Origin: Lachnospiraceae bacterium
GTDB taxonomy: Bacteria; Bacillota; Clostridia; Lachnospirales; Lachnospiraceae
Direction: 5' to 3'
Assembly: GCA_017526745.1 (NCBI GenBank)
Contig: JAFXQX010000001.1
Span: forward strand, 530-64,529
DNA length: 64,000 nt
Part shown: positions 18,158 to 27,884 of the stretch, piece by piece
Layout: each line of letters opens with the position of its first letter
Numbering within the stretch: position 1 is the first letter of the stretch
Program-made: the position numbers and the translations under genes
Notes under the pieces: model-generated
Told to the model about the DNA's origin: nothing
Seen by the model: the letters and a program-made list of their open reading frames with translations, nothing else
The model's database searches: none

Positions 18158-21100
18158 ATGTCATTAAAATTCTGGCTCGGCGGGGCCCAAAGCGACAAAT
18201 CCCGCAGCCTTTACAATTATATACTGGATGATGCGAAAAAGCACGGCAACAGACAGTATCTTGTCGTTGTCCCCGAGCAGTACAGCCTGGCTACACAGAC
18301 AGAACTTGTGAGCCTGTCTGAGGATCACGGCATTCTGAACATAGACGTTCTGTCATTTTCACGCCTGGCCCACCGGATAAATGACGAGGTCGGCTCGTTT
18401 GAAACAGATATAACCATGCTTGACGATGCCGGAAAGAACCTTATCATACGGATGCTCTCTGGCTCACTTAAGGATGAGCTTGCCGTGTTCAAAAATGACC
18501 TTGATAAGCCCGGATACATAGACAGTATCAAATCGGTGATATCGGAGTTCATGCAGTACGGCATAAGCGTGGAAAAGGCATTTGATATGGCAGGGTCCGC
18601 CGGTAAAAACGGACAGGGCAGGCTTTCCGAAAAACTGTACGATATCGCCAGACTGTACGGGGCATTTAAGGAATACATAAAAGACAGGTATACGACTGTC
18701 GAGGAGACTCTTGAAAGGGTGAGCCGCCTCGTCCCTAAATCCGAGACTATAAGGAACAGCGTGATAGTGTTTGACAACTTTACGGGGTTTACGCCCGTTC
18801 AGAACAAACTGATCGGCGTACTGATGGAATATGCCAATTCCGTACATGTAGCGCTGCTTCTCGAAGATTGTATACAAGAAAACGAGCAGAAGCGACAGAT
18901 TCAAGAACATGAGTTATTTTATCTGTCAAAACACACGATGGATCAGCTGGGCAGAATGGCAGACGAACGTCATGTCGTCATAGATGACCCCTACAAGGCC
19001 GATAATACCGCATTAGGTAACGCATGTAATTCTAACAGCCCGACTGCATACATAAACAGGACAGACCCCTTCAGATTAAATAACACTTCTGTACATATAT
19101 TTAAGGGACGTGATCCGAGAGAAGAGATGCAGATGGTCATCGACAGGATCTCGGATCTTGTCAGAAACAGCGCATACCGCTACAGGGATGTTGCGGTGCT
19201 GGCCGGTGACATCGAATGTTACCGCCATCTTGTGGAGAGAGAGTTTTCATCCGCCGGCATTCCGTTTTTTATCGACAGCACTCAGGCGGTCCTCTTAAAT
19301 CCTTTTATTGAATATATCAGGTCTTTCCTGTCTGTGTTTTCGGAAAACTACAGCCTGTCTGCTGTTTTTTCTTTTCTCAAGTCGGGTCTTTCCGGGTTTG
19401 ACAATGAAGAGGTCTGGAAGCTGGAAAACTACTGCCTTGCCGCCAATATCAAAGGATATGCCAAGTGGCACGAAAGGTTTTATCTTCATACCCAGGCATC
19501 CGGTGATGAGGAGCTTCTCCTTCTTAATGATATAAGGGAGCGCTTCATCTTAAAATGTTCGATCTTTACTGATGCGCTTTCTTCGGACAAAAAGATCAAC
19601 GCCGGAACAAAGTTTCCGGTAAGAAGGCTTGTTGAGGCACTTTATACCGTTATAGTGTCCGATAACATCGAGGAGAGGCTTAAAGAGGCCGCAAAGAGTT
19701 TTGAAGAAAAAGGAATGAGGGAGAATGCGGCCCGCTATGATTCGATCTATGTCATGATAATGAACATCCTTGAAGAGCTTTGCGACCTCATTTCCGATGA
19801 ACAGACTGATATCAGGGGATTTTTGAGCCTTCTTGATGCAGGTCTTGATCAGATCCGGATCGGATGCGTGCCGATGGGGTGGGACTACGTACAGGTCGGT
19901 GATCTGACACGGACAAGACTGTCTGATGTAAAGGCACTGTTTATCATAGGGGCGAATGACGGATCGATCCCCAAACCACCCACAAAGAATGCCATATTAA
20001 ATGACAGCGAGAGGGAGTACCTTACGGGGGCTGATGATGATCTCGTACTGGCTCCGACGGCACGCGAAGACATATATACCCAGCAGCTGTATGTATATAT
20101 GGCAGTAAACCGCCCGACAGAGCATCTGTTCGTATCGTATGCGTCGGTTTCGTCTTCGGGCACGTCGCTGCTGCCGTCTTATCTTATCAGAAAACTTCAA
20201 AATGCCGATAAGAAGCTTATTGTCGAGAAGATGAGCGATGAACGCATCTCGTATGCCGGCCCGTCCGATGCCTTTCGCGATCTGTGCGATCTGCTGGGAT
20301 CTGCTCTTTGCGGGACTCTTCCCGAAAAAAATTACAAAAAGCTCAGAAGTCTTATAAAGTACTTCGCAAAAGAAGAACAGTACATGCCCCGTCTCCGCCG
20401 AGTGATCGAAAATGCAGCCTTATCGGCCAAAGGATCCGAAAACGATTCCATAGGAGCAGCACTTGCCCATGCCCTGTACGGTAAGAAGATAGCATCAAGC
20501 ATAACAAGGCTCGAGAATTATGCAAAATGCGCATACAGGTACTTCCTCCAGTACGGCCTGAAACTTCACGAGCAGGAGATATTCTCGTTTGAAGCAAAGG
20601 ATATCGGAAATATCTTTCATGATTCCATGAAGGAGTATTCCTGCCTTATGGCGGAAAATCATATGGAATGGGGAGATGTTACCGAAAAAGACCGTGATCT
20701 TCTTATGGATGAGGCGGTATCGCGCGTGATAACGCAATACAGGCAGGAGAAGCTGTCATCGTCGGCCAGATACTCGTATATGGAGGACAGGATCCGCCGC
20801 ATAATGAAAAAAAGTGCCGAGATCATAAACCTTCAGGTGAAAAAAGGTGATTTTTCGCCCGAATACTTCGAGATCGATTTTGATACGCTGGAAAGCCTGG
20901 ATGCCATATCGGTAAAACTGTCCGATGATGAGATCATGCGTCTTCGCGGCAGGATCGACAGGGTTGATACATGCCATACGGATGACGGGATATATGTCAG
21001 GGTCATTGATTACAAATCATCGGAGCGTGGCATGGACCTTGCCGCCGTGTATGAAGGCCGCCAGCTTCAACTTCTGGTTTATCTGAATGCGGCGGTGGAG

Positions 21101-21655
21101 ATGGAGAGGGCAAAGATCAGATCCGAAGGCGGTAAGGAGCAGGTTATCCCGGCCGGAGTGTTCTATTATCACATTGATGATCCGACGATAGCGGCCAAGT
21201 CCGAACTGACCGATGAAGACATTAAAACGCTTATCATGAAAGAGCAGAGCCTGAAGGGCCTTGTCAACTCCGATATGGAGGTTTTAAGGCTTATGGATAA
21301 TGAGATAGAGTCGCATCCGACGGTCCTGCCGGTCATGATCACCTCAAAAGGAGTGCCCAGAAGCAATAACACGACGGTAAGCCCGGATGACCTTAATGTA
21401 TTGTCCGGCTATGTGAATACCGTGATCTGCCGCATGGGCTTAGATATCTCCCAAGGGGATATAGCGATCCCGAAGCCTGACAATGATACGAGATTTACGG
21501 GACCGGACTGCAGTTTCTGCCCATATACGTCAGTCTGTGCGCAAAAGCCGGCAAATAATGCCACGATTTTTGCAAAAGGAAAAAGGTCCAATTCGGAATG
21601 GATTGAAATGATGAGACAAAAAAGCGGGGACAAGACAGATGAAGCTGACGAATGA
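18158..21655 (+). CDS. addB: helicase-exonuclease AddAB, subunit AddB
   Basis: The protein is 1165 aa with a degenerate N-terminal P-loop region and a C-terminal RecB-type nuclease carrying an Fe-S cysteine cluster (CAYRYF ... CSFCPYTSVC). It lies immediately upstream of addA and overlaps it. Confidence 0.85.
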   Translation: MSLKFWLGGAQSDKSRSLYNYILDDAKKHGNRQYLVVVPEQYSLATQTELVSLSEDHGILNIDVLSFSRLAHRINDEVGSFETDITMLDDAGKNLIIRMLSGSLKDELAVFKNDLDKPGYIDSIKSVISEFMQYGISVEKAFDMAGSAGKNGQGRLSEKLYDIARLYGAFKEYIKDRYTTVEETLERVSRLVPKSETIRNSVIVFDNFTGFTPVQNKLIGVLMEYANSVHVALLLEDCIQENEQKRQIQEHELFYLSKHTMDQLGRMADERHVVIDDPYKADNTALGNACNSNSPTAYINRTDPFRLNNTSVHIFKGRDPREEMQMVIDRISDLVRNSAYRYRDVAVLAGDIECYRHLVEREFSSAGIPFFIDSTQAVLLNPFIEYIRSFLSVFSENYSLSAVFSFLKSGLSGFDNEEVWKLENYCLAANIKGYAKWHERFYLHTQASGDEELLLLNDIRERFILKCSIFTDALSSDKKINAGTKFPVRRLVEALYTVIVSDNIEERLKEAAKSFEEKGMRENAARYDSIYVMIMNILEELCDLISDEQTDIRGFLSLLDAGLDQIRIGCVPMGWDYVQVGDLTRTRLSDVKALFIIGANDGSIPKPPTKNAILNDSEREYLTGADDDLVLAPTAREDIYTQQLYVYMAVNRPTEHLFVSYASVSSSGTSLLPSYLIRKLQNADKKLIVEKMSDERISYAGPSDAFRDLCDLLGSALCGTLPEKNYKKLRSLIKYFAKEEQYMPRLRRVIENAALSAKGSENDSIGAALAHALYGKKIASSITRLENYAKCAYRYFLQYGLKLHEQEIFSFEAKDIGNIFHDSMKEYSCLMAENHMEWGDVTEKDRDLLMDEAVSRVITQYRQEKLSSSARYSYMEDRIRRIMKKSAEIINLQVKKGDFSPEYFEIDFDTLESLDAISVKLSDDEIMRLRGRIDRVDTCHTDDGIYVRVIDYKSSERGMDLAAVYEGRQLQLLVYLNAAVEMERAKIRSEGGKEQVIPAGVFYYHIDDPTIAAKSELTDEDIKTLIMKEQSLKGLVNSDMEVLRLMDNEIESHPTVLPVMITSKGVPRSNNTTVSPDDLNVLSGYVNTVICRMGLDISQGDIAIPKPDNDTRFTGPDCSFCPYTSVCAQKPANNATIFAKGKRSNSEWIEMMRQKSGDKTDEADE

Positions 21656-24600
21656 ACAACAGCTCGCCATAGATATAAAGGATTCCAATGTGCTCGTTTC
21701 CGCGGCTGCCGGGAGCGGCAAGACCAGTGTGCTCGTAAAGCGCGTGATCCAAAGGGTCGCCCTTTCCGATGATCCAGTGGATATCGACAGGCTCCTTATC
21801 ATGACATTCACGAATGCCGCAGCGGCAGAGATGGCCGGCAGGATAAGGGATGCGATCGAAGAGGTGGCCTCCGAGATAAGATCCCGCAAGGATCATGGTA
21901 AAGATGACCTGGCCCGTATAGAGAAGCAGGCGATACTGGTCCATAATGCCAATATCACAACGATCCACGGGTTCTGCAAAAGGGTCATCAGCGATCACTT
22001 TGATGCGCTGTCGCTTGATCCCGACTTCAGGGTTGCCGACGAGAATGAGTGCAGGCTGATCCGACACGAAGCGATAGAGGAGTGCCTCGAGAACAGCTAC
22101 GAAAAGGCCGAACCGTCGTTCCTTAAGGCAGTACGCTGCTTTGCCTCGCCCAAAAGTGATGCCGGGCTTGAAAAACTGATCGGTGATATTTATGACTTTG
22201 TGATAGCCGATCCCGATCCCGAAGGGTTTGCAAAAGAGTGCATAAGATCATATGAATGCGGATCGTTTGAAGAGTTCTGCCGGTCCGGTATTGTTGCGGC
22301 CTTTGAGGACTATGCGCTAAAAGAGCTTGACCGCATGAAGAACTGCATCAGGGCTGCAACGGATGTGGTGGAATCACGCGAAGAACTCCTTCCTTACAGG
22401 GCCTGCCTGGACGGATATATGGGTGTTATATCCGGGATAGAACAAAAGACAGCCGGAAGACGGGGAAACGTATATGACATCATAAGATGCGGATTGAAAA
22501 GCGCAGCCCCGCCGCCTTTCGGAAGACTGGCGCGAAACAGGATGGATGACGATATCAAAGCCGGGCAGATGACTGTCACCATACTGAGGGATATCGTAAA
22601 ATCAAGGATCTCAAAGCTTCTTGACATGATGCCTTTTGACCTTGAGACGACATATGAGCATACAAGGGATTCTAAAGAGGAACTAGAGGCCCTTATAGAC
22701 CTTGTTCTTGACTTTGCCGCGATTTATTCGGAAAAAAAGCGTGAAAAAAACATCATAGACTTTAACGATATGGAGCATATGGCCGTAAAAGTACTGTCCG
22801 ATCCTTCGATCGCCCGGATCTACAGGGACCGTTTTGAAGAGATTTATGTTGATGAGTACCAGGATACCAATATGACTCAGGAGACTTTGGTATCCCTCAT
22901 CTGCCGACATGATCCCGGAAACGTGTTCCAGGTGGGCGATGTGAAACAGAGCATATACAGGTTCCGTCAGGCACGCCCTGACATATTCCTTGATAAGTAT
23001 TATAAATACGCTGATTCATATCCAGAAAACAGACGCATACTCCTTAACGATAACTTCAGGTCACGGAAAGAAGTCATATATGCAGTGAATGAGGTGTTCT
23101 CCAATATCATGAAGGAGGATCTGGGACATATTGAATATAACGAAGAAGCACAGCTGGCCTACTCTGCGGCTTATTATGACGAATGCACAAATGAGAAGGC
23201 AGAGCGTGATGACCATAATACCGAACTGATCCTCGGAGATCCATCCGATCTTTCTTCCGAAGAATTCGAGGCGAATGTCATTGCTTCGCGGATAAACGAG
23301 ATGATCGCCGACGGGTTCATGGTATACGATAAAGGGTCCAGATCCATGCGACCGGCTTCATACAGGGATTTTACGATCCTGGTGCGTTCGATCAAGAATT
23401 ATGAGCCTGTATTCAGGGAAGTGTTTGAAGGAGCAAACATACCTCTGTCGGTTGCGGGAAGTGAAGGTTACTACCAGACGGTAGAGATAAATACGGCACT
23501 TGCTTTTTTGTCCGCAGTTGATAATCCCCTGGACGATATTCCGCTTTCTGCACTTATGAGAAGCCCGGTCGGCGGCTTTACCGATACTGAACTTGCCGGG
23601 ATCACCGCCGAGTGTGGCGGGGACCTTCCGCTGTATGAACGTGTTAAACAGGCTGCCCCCCAAAACGAAAAATGCGCGGCATTCCTGGAGTTTCTCGGGA
23701 AATACAAAGATATGTCCGTCTACACGCCCGTGCACATTCTCCTCGCCGATTTCATAGATAACGAATACGCTGACCATGTAAGGAGCATGACAAAGGGAAG
23801 GCAGAGGATGGCCAACCTCGAAATGCTTCTTGTGAAGGCGGAGGACTACGGAAGGACAAGTTTTAAGGGCCTGCATCAGTTTGCAAGGTATATAGAGCAG
23901 ATAAGAAAGTATAAGATCGACGAAGGTGAGGCTGTGACCGAGTCCGAAAACGACGATGCGGTAAGGCTTATGACCATGCATGCGAGCAAAGGACTTGAAT
24001 TTCCGGTATGCTTCATAGCCGGTATGGAAAGAAAGCGAAACTTTCGTGATGAAACAGGGAAGGTCATATGGAGTACCAGGTTTGGGATCGGAACAGATCA
24101 TACTGATACCGAAAGGAACGTTACCGTGACTACTCTTCCCAAAGTCATGGCAGTGCTGGATAACAGGCTGGAAGGATTGGCGGAGGAGATAAGAGTGCTC
24201 TACGTCGCCATGACACGGGCGAGAGAAAAGCTCATAATGGTCGGATGTGACAAGGAGGACGGGTTTGAGAACTGCAGTACTTATTTGGAGGGTATGTCTT
24301 CGTTCCTGGATATGCTGAAGGCGGCATACGGAAATACGGGATTTTCGCACATAAATATCAAATACACGGATGAGAAGGATGTAACCCGGCAAAGACTTGA
24401 AACAGATATAAGAAACCGTGCCTTTGCAGATGAGTTTCTTGATATCGTGTCAAATGAAGCGAAAATAAGACCGGAGCAGACGGCAGATACAGAAGTACCC
24501 GACGGATTGTCTTTCAGATATCCTTACCGGATCGATCCGCCAAAAAAGGCAAAACTGTCCGTCTCGGAGTTAAAGCACAGGGCGATCGAGGAAAGACTTG

Positions 24601-25235
24601 CCGCCGGCGAACATCTGACATTAGATGACACACCGTTATTTAATGAAACCAACCCCGAAAAGTACATTCCCAGATTTGCGAGAAACAAAGGCGAAACCGC
24701 TGCCGGTGGGACTTTCTACGGTACGGCATTTCACAGGATCCTCGAACTGTGGGATTACCGGGCAGCATATGAGACGGGCGAAAGAGACTCTAATAACACA
24801 TGTTACGTAACACATGATATGGTAATGGGATTTGCAGAGAGGATGCACAGACTTCATCACATGGACAAGGAAATGGTGGATGCGATCCGTCCGGGCGATG
24901 TTGCCGATTTTCTTAACAGCGGACTTGGAATGAGGATGAGAGCAGCCTCATTTTCAGGAACTCTCTTCAGGGAGCAGCCTTTTGTGATTGGAATTGATGA
25001 AGACGATGACATGATCCTTGTCCAGGGTATTATTGACGCTTATTTTACCGAGGACGGTAAGATAACCGTGGTCGATTACAAGACCGACAGGGTTGATGAT
25101 CCGGCCATGCTCGTAAACCGTTACAAAACACAGCTGGAGTATTATAAAATGGCATTAGAGCGTATCACCCATCTTCCGGTCGCATCGATGACCATATATT
25201 CGACGTGTCTTAAACAGGAGGTGAACATAGGCTGA
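21639..25235 (+). CDS. addA: helicase-exonuclease AddAB, subunit AddA (UvrD-type helicase plus RecB nuclease)
   Basis: Walker A is AAAGSGKT. UvrD motifs are present (VDEYQDTN, MTMHASKGLEF, LYVAMTRAR). The C-terminal nuclease motif is GIIDAY...VVDYKTD. Confidence 0.9.
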   Translation: MKLTNEQQLAIDIKDSNVLVSAAAGSGKTSVLVKRVIQRVALSDDPVDIDRLLIMTFTNAAAAEMAGRIRDAIEEVASEIRSRKDHGKDDLARIEKQAILVHNANITTIHGFCKRVISDHFDALSLDPDFRVADENECRLIRHEAIEECLENSYEKAEPSFLKAVRCFASPKSDAGLEKLIGDIYDFVIADPDPEGFAKECIRSYECGSFEEFCRSGIVAAFEDYALKELDRMKNCIRAATDVVESREELLPYRACLDGYMGVISGIEQKTAGRRGNVYDIIRCGLKSAAPPPFGRLARNRMDDDIKAGQMTVTILRDIVKSRISKLLDMMPFDLETTYEHTRDSKEELEALIDLVLDFAAIYSEKKREKNIIDFNDMEHMAVKVLSDPSIARIYRDRFEEIYVDEYQDTNMTQETLVSLICRHDPGNVFQVGDVKQSIYRFRQARPDIFLDKYYKYADSYPENRRILLNDNFRSRKEVIYAVNEVFSNIMKEDLGHIEYNEEAQLAYSAAYYDECTNEKAERDDHNTELILGDPSDLSSEEFEANVIASRINEMIADGFMVYDKGSRSMRPASYRDFTILVRSIKNYEPVFREVFEGANIPLSVAGSEGYYQTVEINTALAFLSAVDNPLDDIPLSALMRSPVGGFTDTELAGITAECGGDLPLYERVKQAAPQNEKCAAFLEFLGKYKDMSVYTPVHILLADFIDNEYADHVRSMTKGRQRMANLEMLLVKAEDYGRTSFKGLHQFARYIEQIRKYKIDEGEAVTESENDDAVRLMTMHASKGLEFPVCFIAGMERKRNFRDETGKVIWSTRFGIGTDHTDTERNVTVTTLPKVMAVLDNRLEGLAEEIRVLYVAMTRAREKLIMVGCDKEDGFENCSTYLEGMSSFLDMLKAAYGNTGFSHINIKYTDEKDVTRQRLETDIRNRAFADEFLDIVSNEAKIRPEQTADTEVPDGLSFRYPYRIDPPKKAKLSVSELKHRAIEERLAAGEHLTLDDTPLFNETNPEKYIPRFARNKGETAAGGTFYGTAFHRILELWDYRAAYETGERDSNNTCYVTHDMVMGFAERMHRLHHMDKEMVDAIRPGDVADFLNSGLGMRMRAASFSGTLFREQPFVIGIDEDDDMILVQGIIDAYFTEDGKITVVDYKTDRVDDPAMLVNRYKTQLEYYKMALERITHLPVASMTIYSTCLKQEVNIG

Positions 25236-25279
25236 TACGGCAACTTCGCCTTGTGATTTTGGCCTTGTAGTGTTATCTT

Positions 25280-25855
25280 ATGACTATGGAAAAAATGAGA
25301 TACGGAACAAAGGAGATAATCGCGACCATATGTTCGGTCCTGCTCATGATCGCTTCCCGATGGGTGGAGCTGTACCTTATCTATTCAGGAACCGTTTTTT
25401 CGCATGTGCCTGACTGGATAAGGCTTCGCATTGTTGTGGTTGCGTTATGTGCGGTCTTATTCGGCCCTGCGGCGGGACTGATCGGCGGCATGTCCGGAGA
25501 GATACTTATCAATATGGTATATGGACAGACGATCGGATATTCGGACTTTATCGCCATGGGCCTGTACGGGCTCTTCCTGGGCCTGTATTTCGGCAGGATG
25601 CACTTTGATCCGCAAAAGTTTGATTTCCAAAGCTTTTTGGATTTTAATATGGTTCAGATCCTTGCCGGTGTTTTTATCACCATTTTCTTCATCCCGATGG
25701 TCAATTTCCTGACAGGGAACGGAAAACTGTCCGACCTTGTGGTAAACGGCACAAAGAATGCGGCCGGAAATTCATTGCTGGTCGGCATCGTCTGCCCGCT
25801 CGTCATGTTGATCGTTTCGGCGTTCTCCAAAAGAAGGATGGACAGCTCTACTTGA
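25280..25855 (+). CDS. polytopic membrane protein, possibly an ECF-transporter S-component-like protein
   Basis: Five to six TM helices in 191 aa. The architecture is reminiscent of ECF S components, but I see no diagnostic motif. Confidence 0.35.
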   Translation: MTMEKMRYGTKEIIATICSVLLMIASRWVELYLIYSGTVFSHVPDWIRLRIVVVALCAVLFGPAAGLIGGMSGEILINMVYGQTIGYSDFIAMGLYGLFLGLYFGRMHFDPQKFDFQSFLDFNMVQILAGVFITIFFIPMVNFLTGNGKLSDLVVNGTKNAAGNSLLVGIVCPLVMLIVSAFSKRRMDSST

Positions 25856-25904
25856 GAGCGTGCGGCGGATATGTTAGAATGGCACGAGTGGAGGATTACG
25901 GATC

Positions 25905-26846
25905 TTGAACAGGATAGCCGTTCTTATACCTTGTTATAATGAAAGCCAGACGATAGCCAAGGTTGTGCGTGATTACAAAGAAGCACTCCCGGAGGCTGTC
26001 ATTTATGTGTACGACAATAACTCTACCGATGATTCGGCAAAGATTGCCCGGGAAGCGGGAGCGGTAGTGCGCCATGAATACAAGCAGGGCAAGGGTAATG
26101 TCATGCGCCGGATGTTCATGGAGATCGATGCCGACTGCTACCTCATGGTGGACGGAGACGATACTTATCCCGCCGATAATGCAAGACAGATGGTCGATGC
26201 CGTGCTTGAGAGAAAGGCCGACATGGTGATTGGAGACCGCCTGTCATCAACGTATTTCACCGAAAACAAGCGTCTTTTTCACAATTTCGGCAACACGATC
26301 GTGAAGAAGTCCATTAATGTGCTGTTTCACAGCGACATATCCGATATAATGACCGGATACAGGGCATTTTCATACAGATTTGTAAAGACTTTCCCGGTCC
26401 TTTCGGAAGGTTTTGAGATCGAGACCGAGATGACAATCCATGCCATTGACAAGAACATGGAAGTGGAGAATGTCGTGGTTATGTATCGTGACCGGCCCGA
26501 AGGCAGCGAATCAAAGCTTGATACGGTCGGAGACGGGATAAGGGTATTGTTTACGATCGTTAATTTCTACAGGATATACAAGCCGTTGCAGTTCTTTGCG
26601 GGACTGGCGCTTGTACTCGATATAATTGCGCTCGCTTTCTTTGTTCCGGTGTTTGCGGATTTTGTACGGACTCACACGGTATCAAAGATCCCGACGCTGG
26701 TTGTTTGCGGATTCGTGTTTCTAGCATCGATACAGTCGTTCTTCTCGGGGATGATACTTAATTCCCTTAAACAGAAGGAAAGGCAGGATTTCGAGATCAA
26801 GCTTCACCAGGTTATGAAGCCTGAATCGGATGATTTTGATTTTTGA
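25905..26846 (+). CDS. family 2 glycosyltransferase with C-terminal TM helices (GtrB / polyprenyl-phosphate glycosyltransferase-like)
   Basis: Uses a TTG start. The N-terminus IAVLIPCYNESQTI, a DGDD (DxD) motif and two C-terminal TM segments are present. Confidence 0.75.
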   Translation: MNRIAVLIPCYNESQTIAKVVRDYKEALPEAVIYVYDNNSTDDSAKIAREAGAVVRHEYKQGKGNVMRRMFMEIDADCYLMVDGDDTYPADNARQMVDAVLERKADMVIGDRLSSTYFTENKRLFHNFGNTIVKKSINVLFHSDISDIMTGYRAFSYRFVKTFPVLSEGFEIETEMTIHAIDKNMEVENVVVMYRDRPEGSESKLDTVGDGIRVLFTIVNFYRIYKPLQFFAGLALVLDIIALAFFVPVFADFVRTHTVSKIPTLVVCGFVFLASIQSFFSGMILNSLKQKERQDFEIKLHQVMKPESDDFDF

Positions 26847-27880
26847 TCATGGCAGATAATAAGAACAAAAGGACGGCTCCGACCATACAGGACGTGTTGA
26901 ACGGTCAGACCGCAAAACCCCGTGCCAGGTTTAAGAGCGGATATACAGGCCCCAGGAAAGCCCTCGCGTCGGCGGCTTCTGGAGTAACTGCACCTATGCC
27001 CTCCGCGGCAAGGCCCGCCGGAACGTACAGGAGCGGTGGGATACTTGATTATGCCTGGATCGCGTACTGCGTTGTCCTTTCGATCGCCCTGACGACTGCC
27101 GTTATCGCCTATGTGCACGGAGTCGGAAAGAGCAGGGAAGGCATATACTATCCCAACAACGTGTTTACGATAAACGGCGTGGTAAAGGACATTTTTGCCG
27201 ATTACAGAAACGGCGGACTCGGATCGGCCCATAATTCGGCATCCTCTACCCAAACCGCTCAGGCAGATGCGGCGGCCGAGAATACCGCTTCGACGGATAA
27301 TGATGCGCTCTTGGGGCAGACTTCGACGTCAAGCGTGCCTAACTCAACGACCGGAGCTACGATGACACTTGATGTCGGGGATTCGACCGGCAGCTACCCT
27401 GAAGCAGCTTCATATGAGGAACTCCTGACACAGCTTGATTCGGCTCTTGCGGCAAAGGACATTGATTTTGTCGGTTCCAAGCTCTCATACGAGGACGAGG
27501 AATCCAAGACGCTGATCGGATATCCGCAGTCGGTTGTTGAGCATTTTACCCAGTATATGGCTGATAATTCGGATAAAAGGGAGACTTTCCTGGCCGGGAT
27601 CAAGGACGAGTCGGAGTTTTCGGCCAAGAACGGTTCGGCATATCTCGTAAAGCTTCCACTCCTTCAATTTACTATCAACATGGGTTATGACCAGACGACT
27701 ATATCGATATCCGGGTTTTCGGATCAGACGATGGATTCCGGACAAAGTGCGATAGTATCCCCCCTGCTTCCCTGTATGTATACGATACATGCGGAGACGG
27801 CAAAAGGCTCCCAGACGTCGGAAGTCGAGTGTAACATGAATGAGGGAAACCTTAAGATAAACATAGGAGTGACCGATTAG
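26843..27880 (+). CDS. bitopic membrane protein of unknown function
   Basis: Its start overlaps the GT2 stop by 4 nt. It has a basic N-terminus, one TM helix (ILDYAWIAYCVVLSIALTTAVIAYV), a Ser/Thr/Ala-rich linker and a ~200-aa extracytoplasmic domain. Confidence 0.5.
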   Translation: MIMADNKNKRTAPTIQDVLNGQTAKPRARFKSGYTGPRKALASAASGVTAPMPSAARPAGTYRSGGILDYAWIAYCVVLSIALTTAVIAYVHGVGKSREGIYYPNNVFTINGVVKDIFADYRNGGLGSAHNSASSTQTAQADAAAENTASTDNDALLGQTSTSSVPNSTTGATMTLDVGDSTGSYPEAASYEELLTQLDSALAAKDIDFVGSKLSYEDEESKTLIGYPQSVVEHFTQYMADNSDKRETFLAGIKDESEFSAKNGSAYLVKLPLLQFTINMGYDQTTISISGFSDQTMDSGQSAIVSPLLPCMYTIHAETAKGSQTSEVECNMNEGNLKINIGVTD

Positions 27881-27884
27881 TCAC

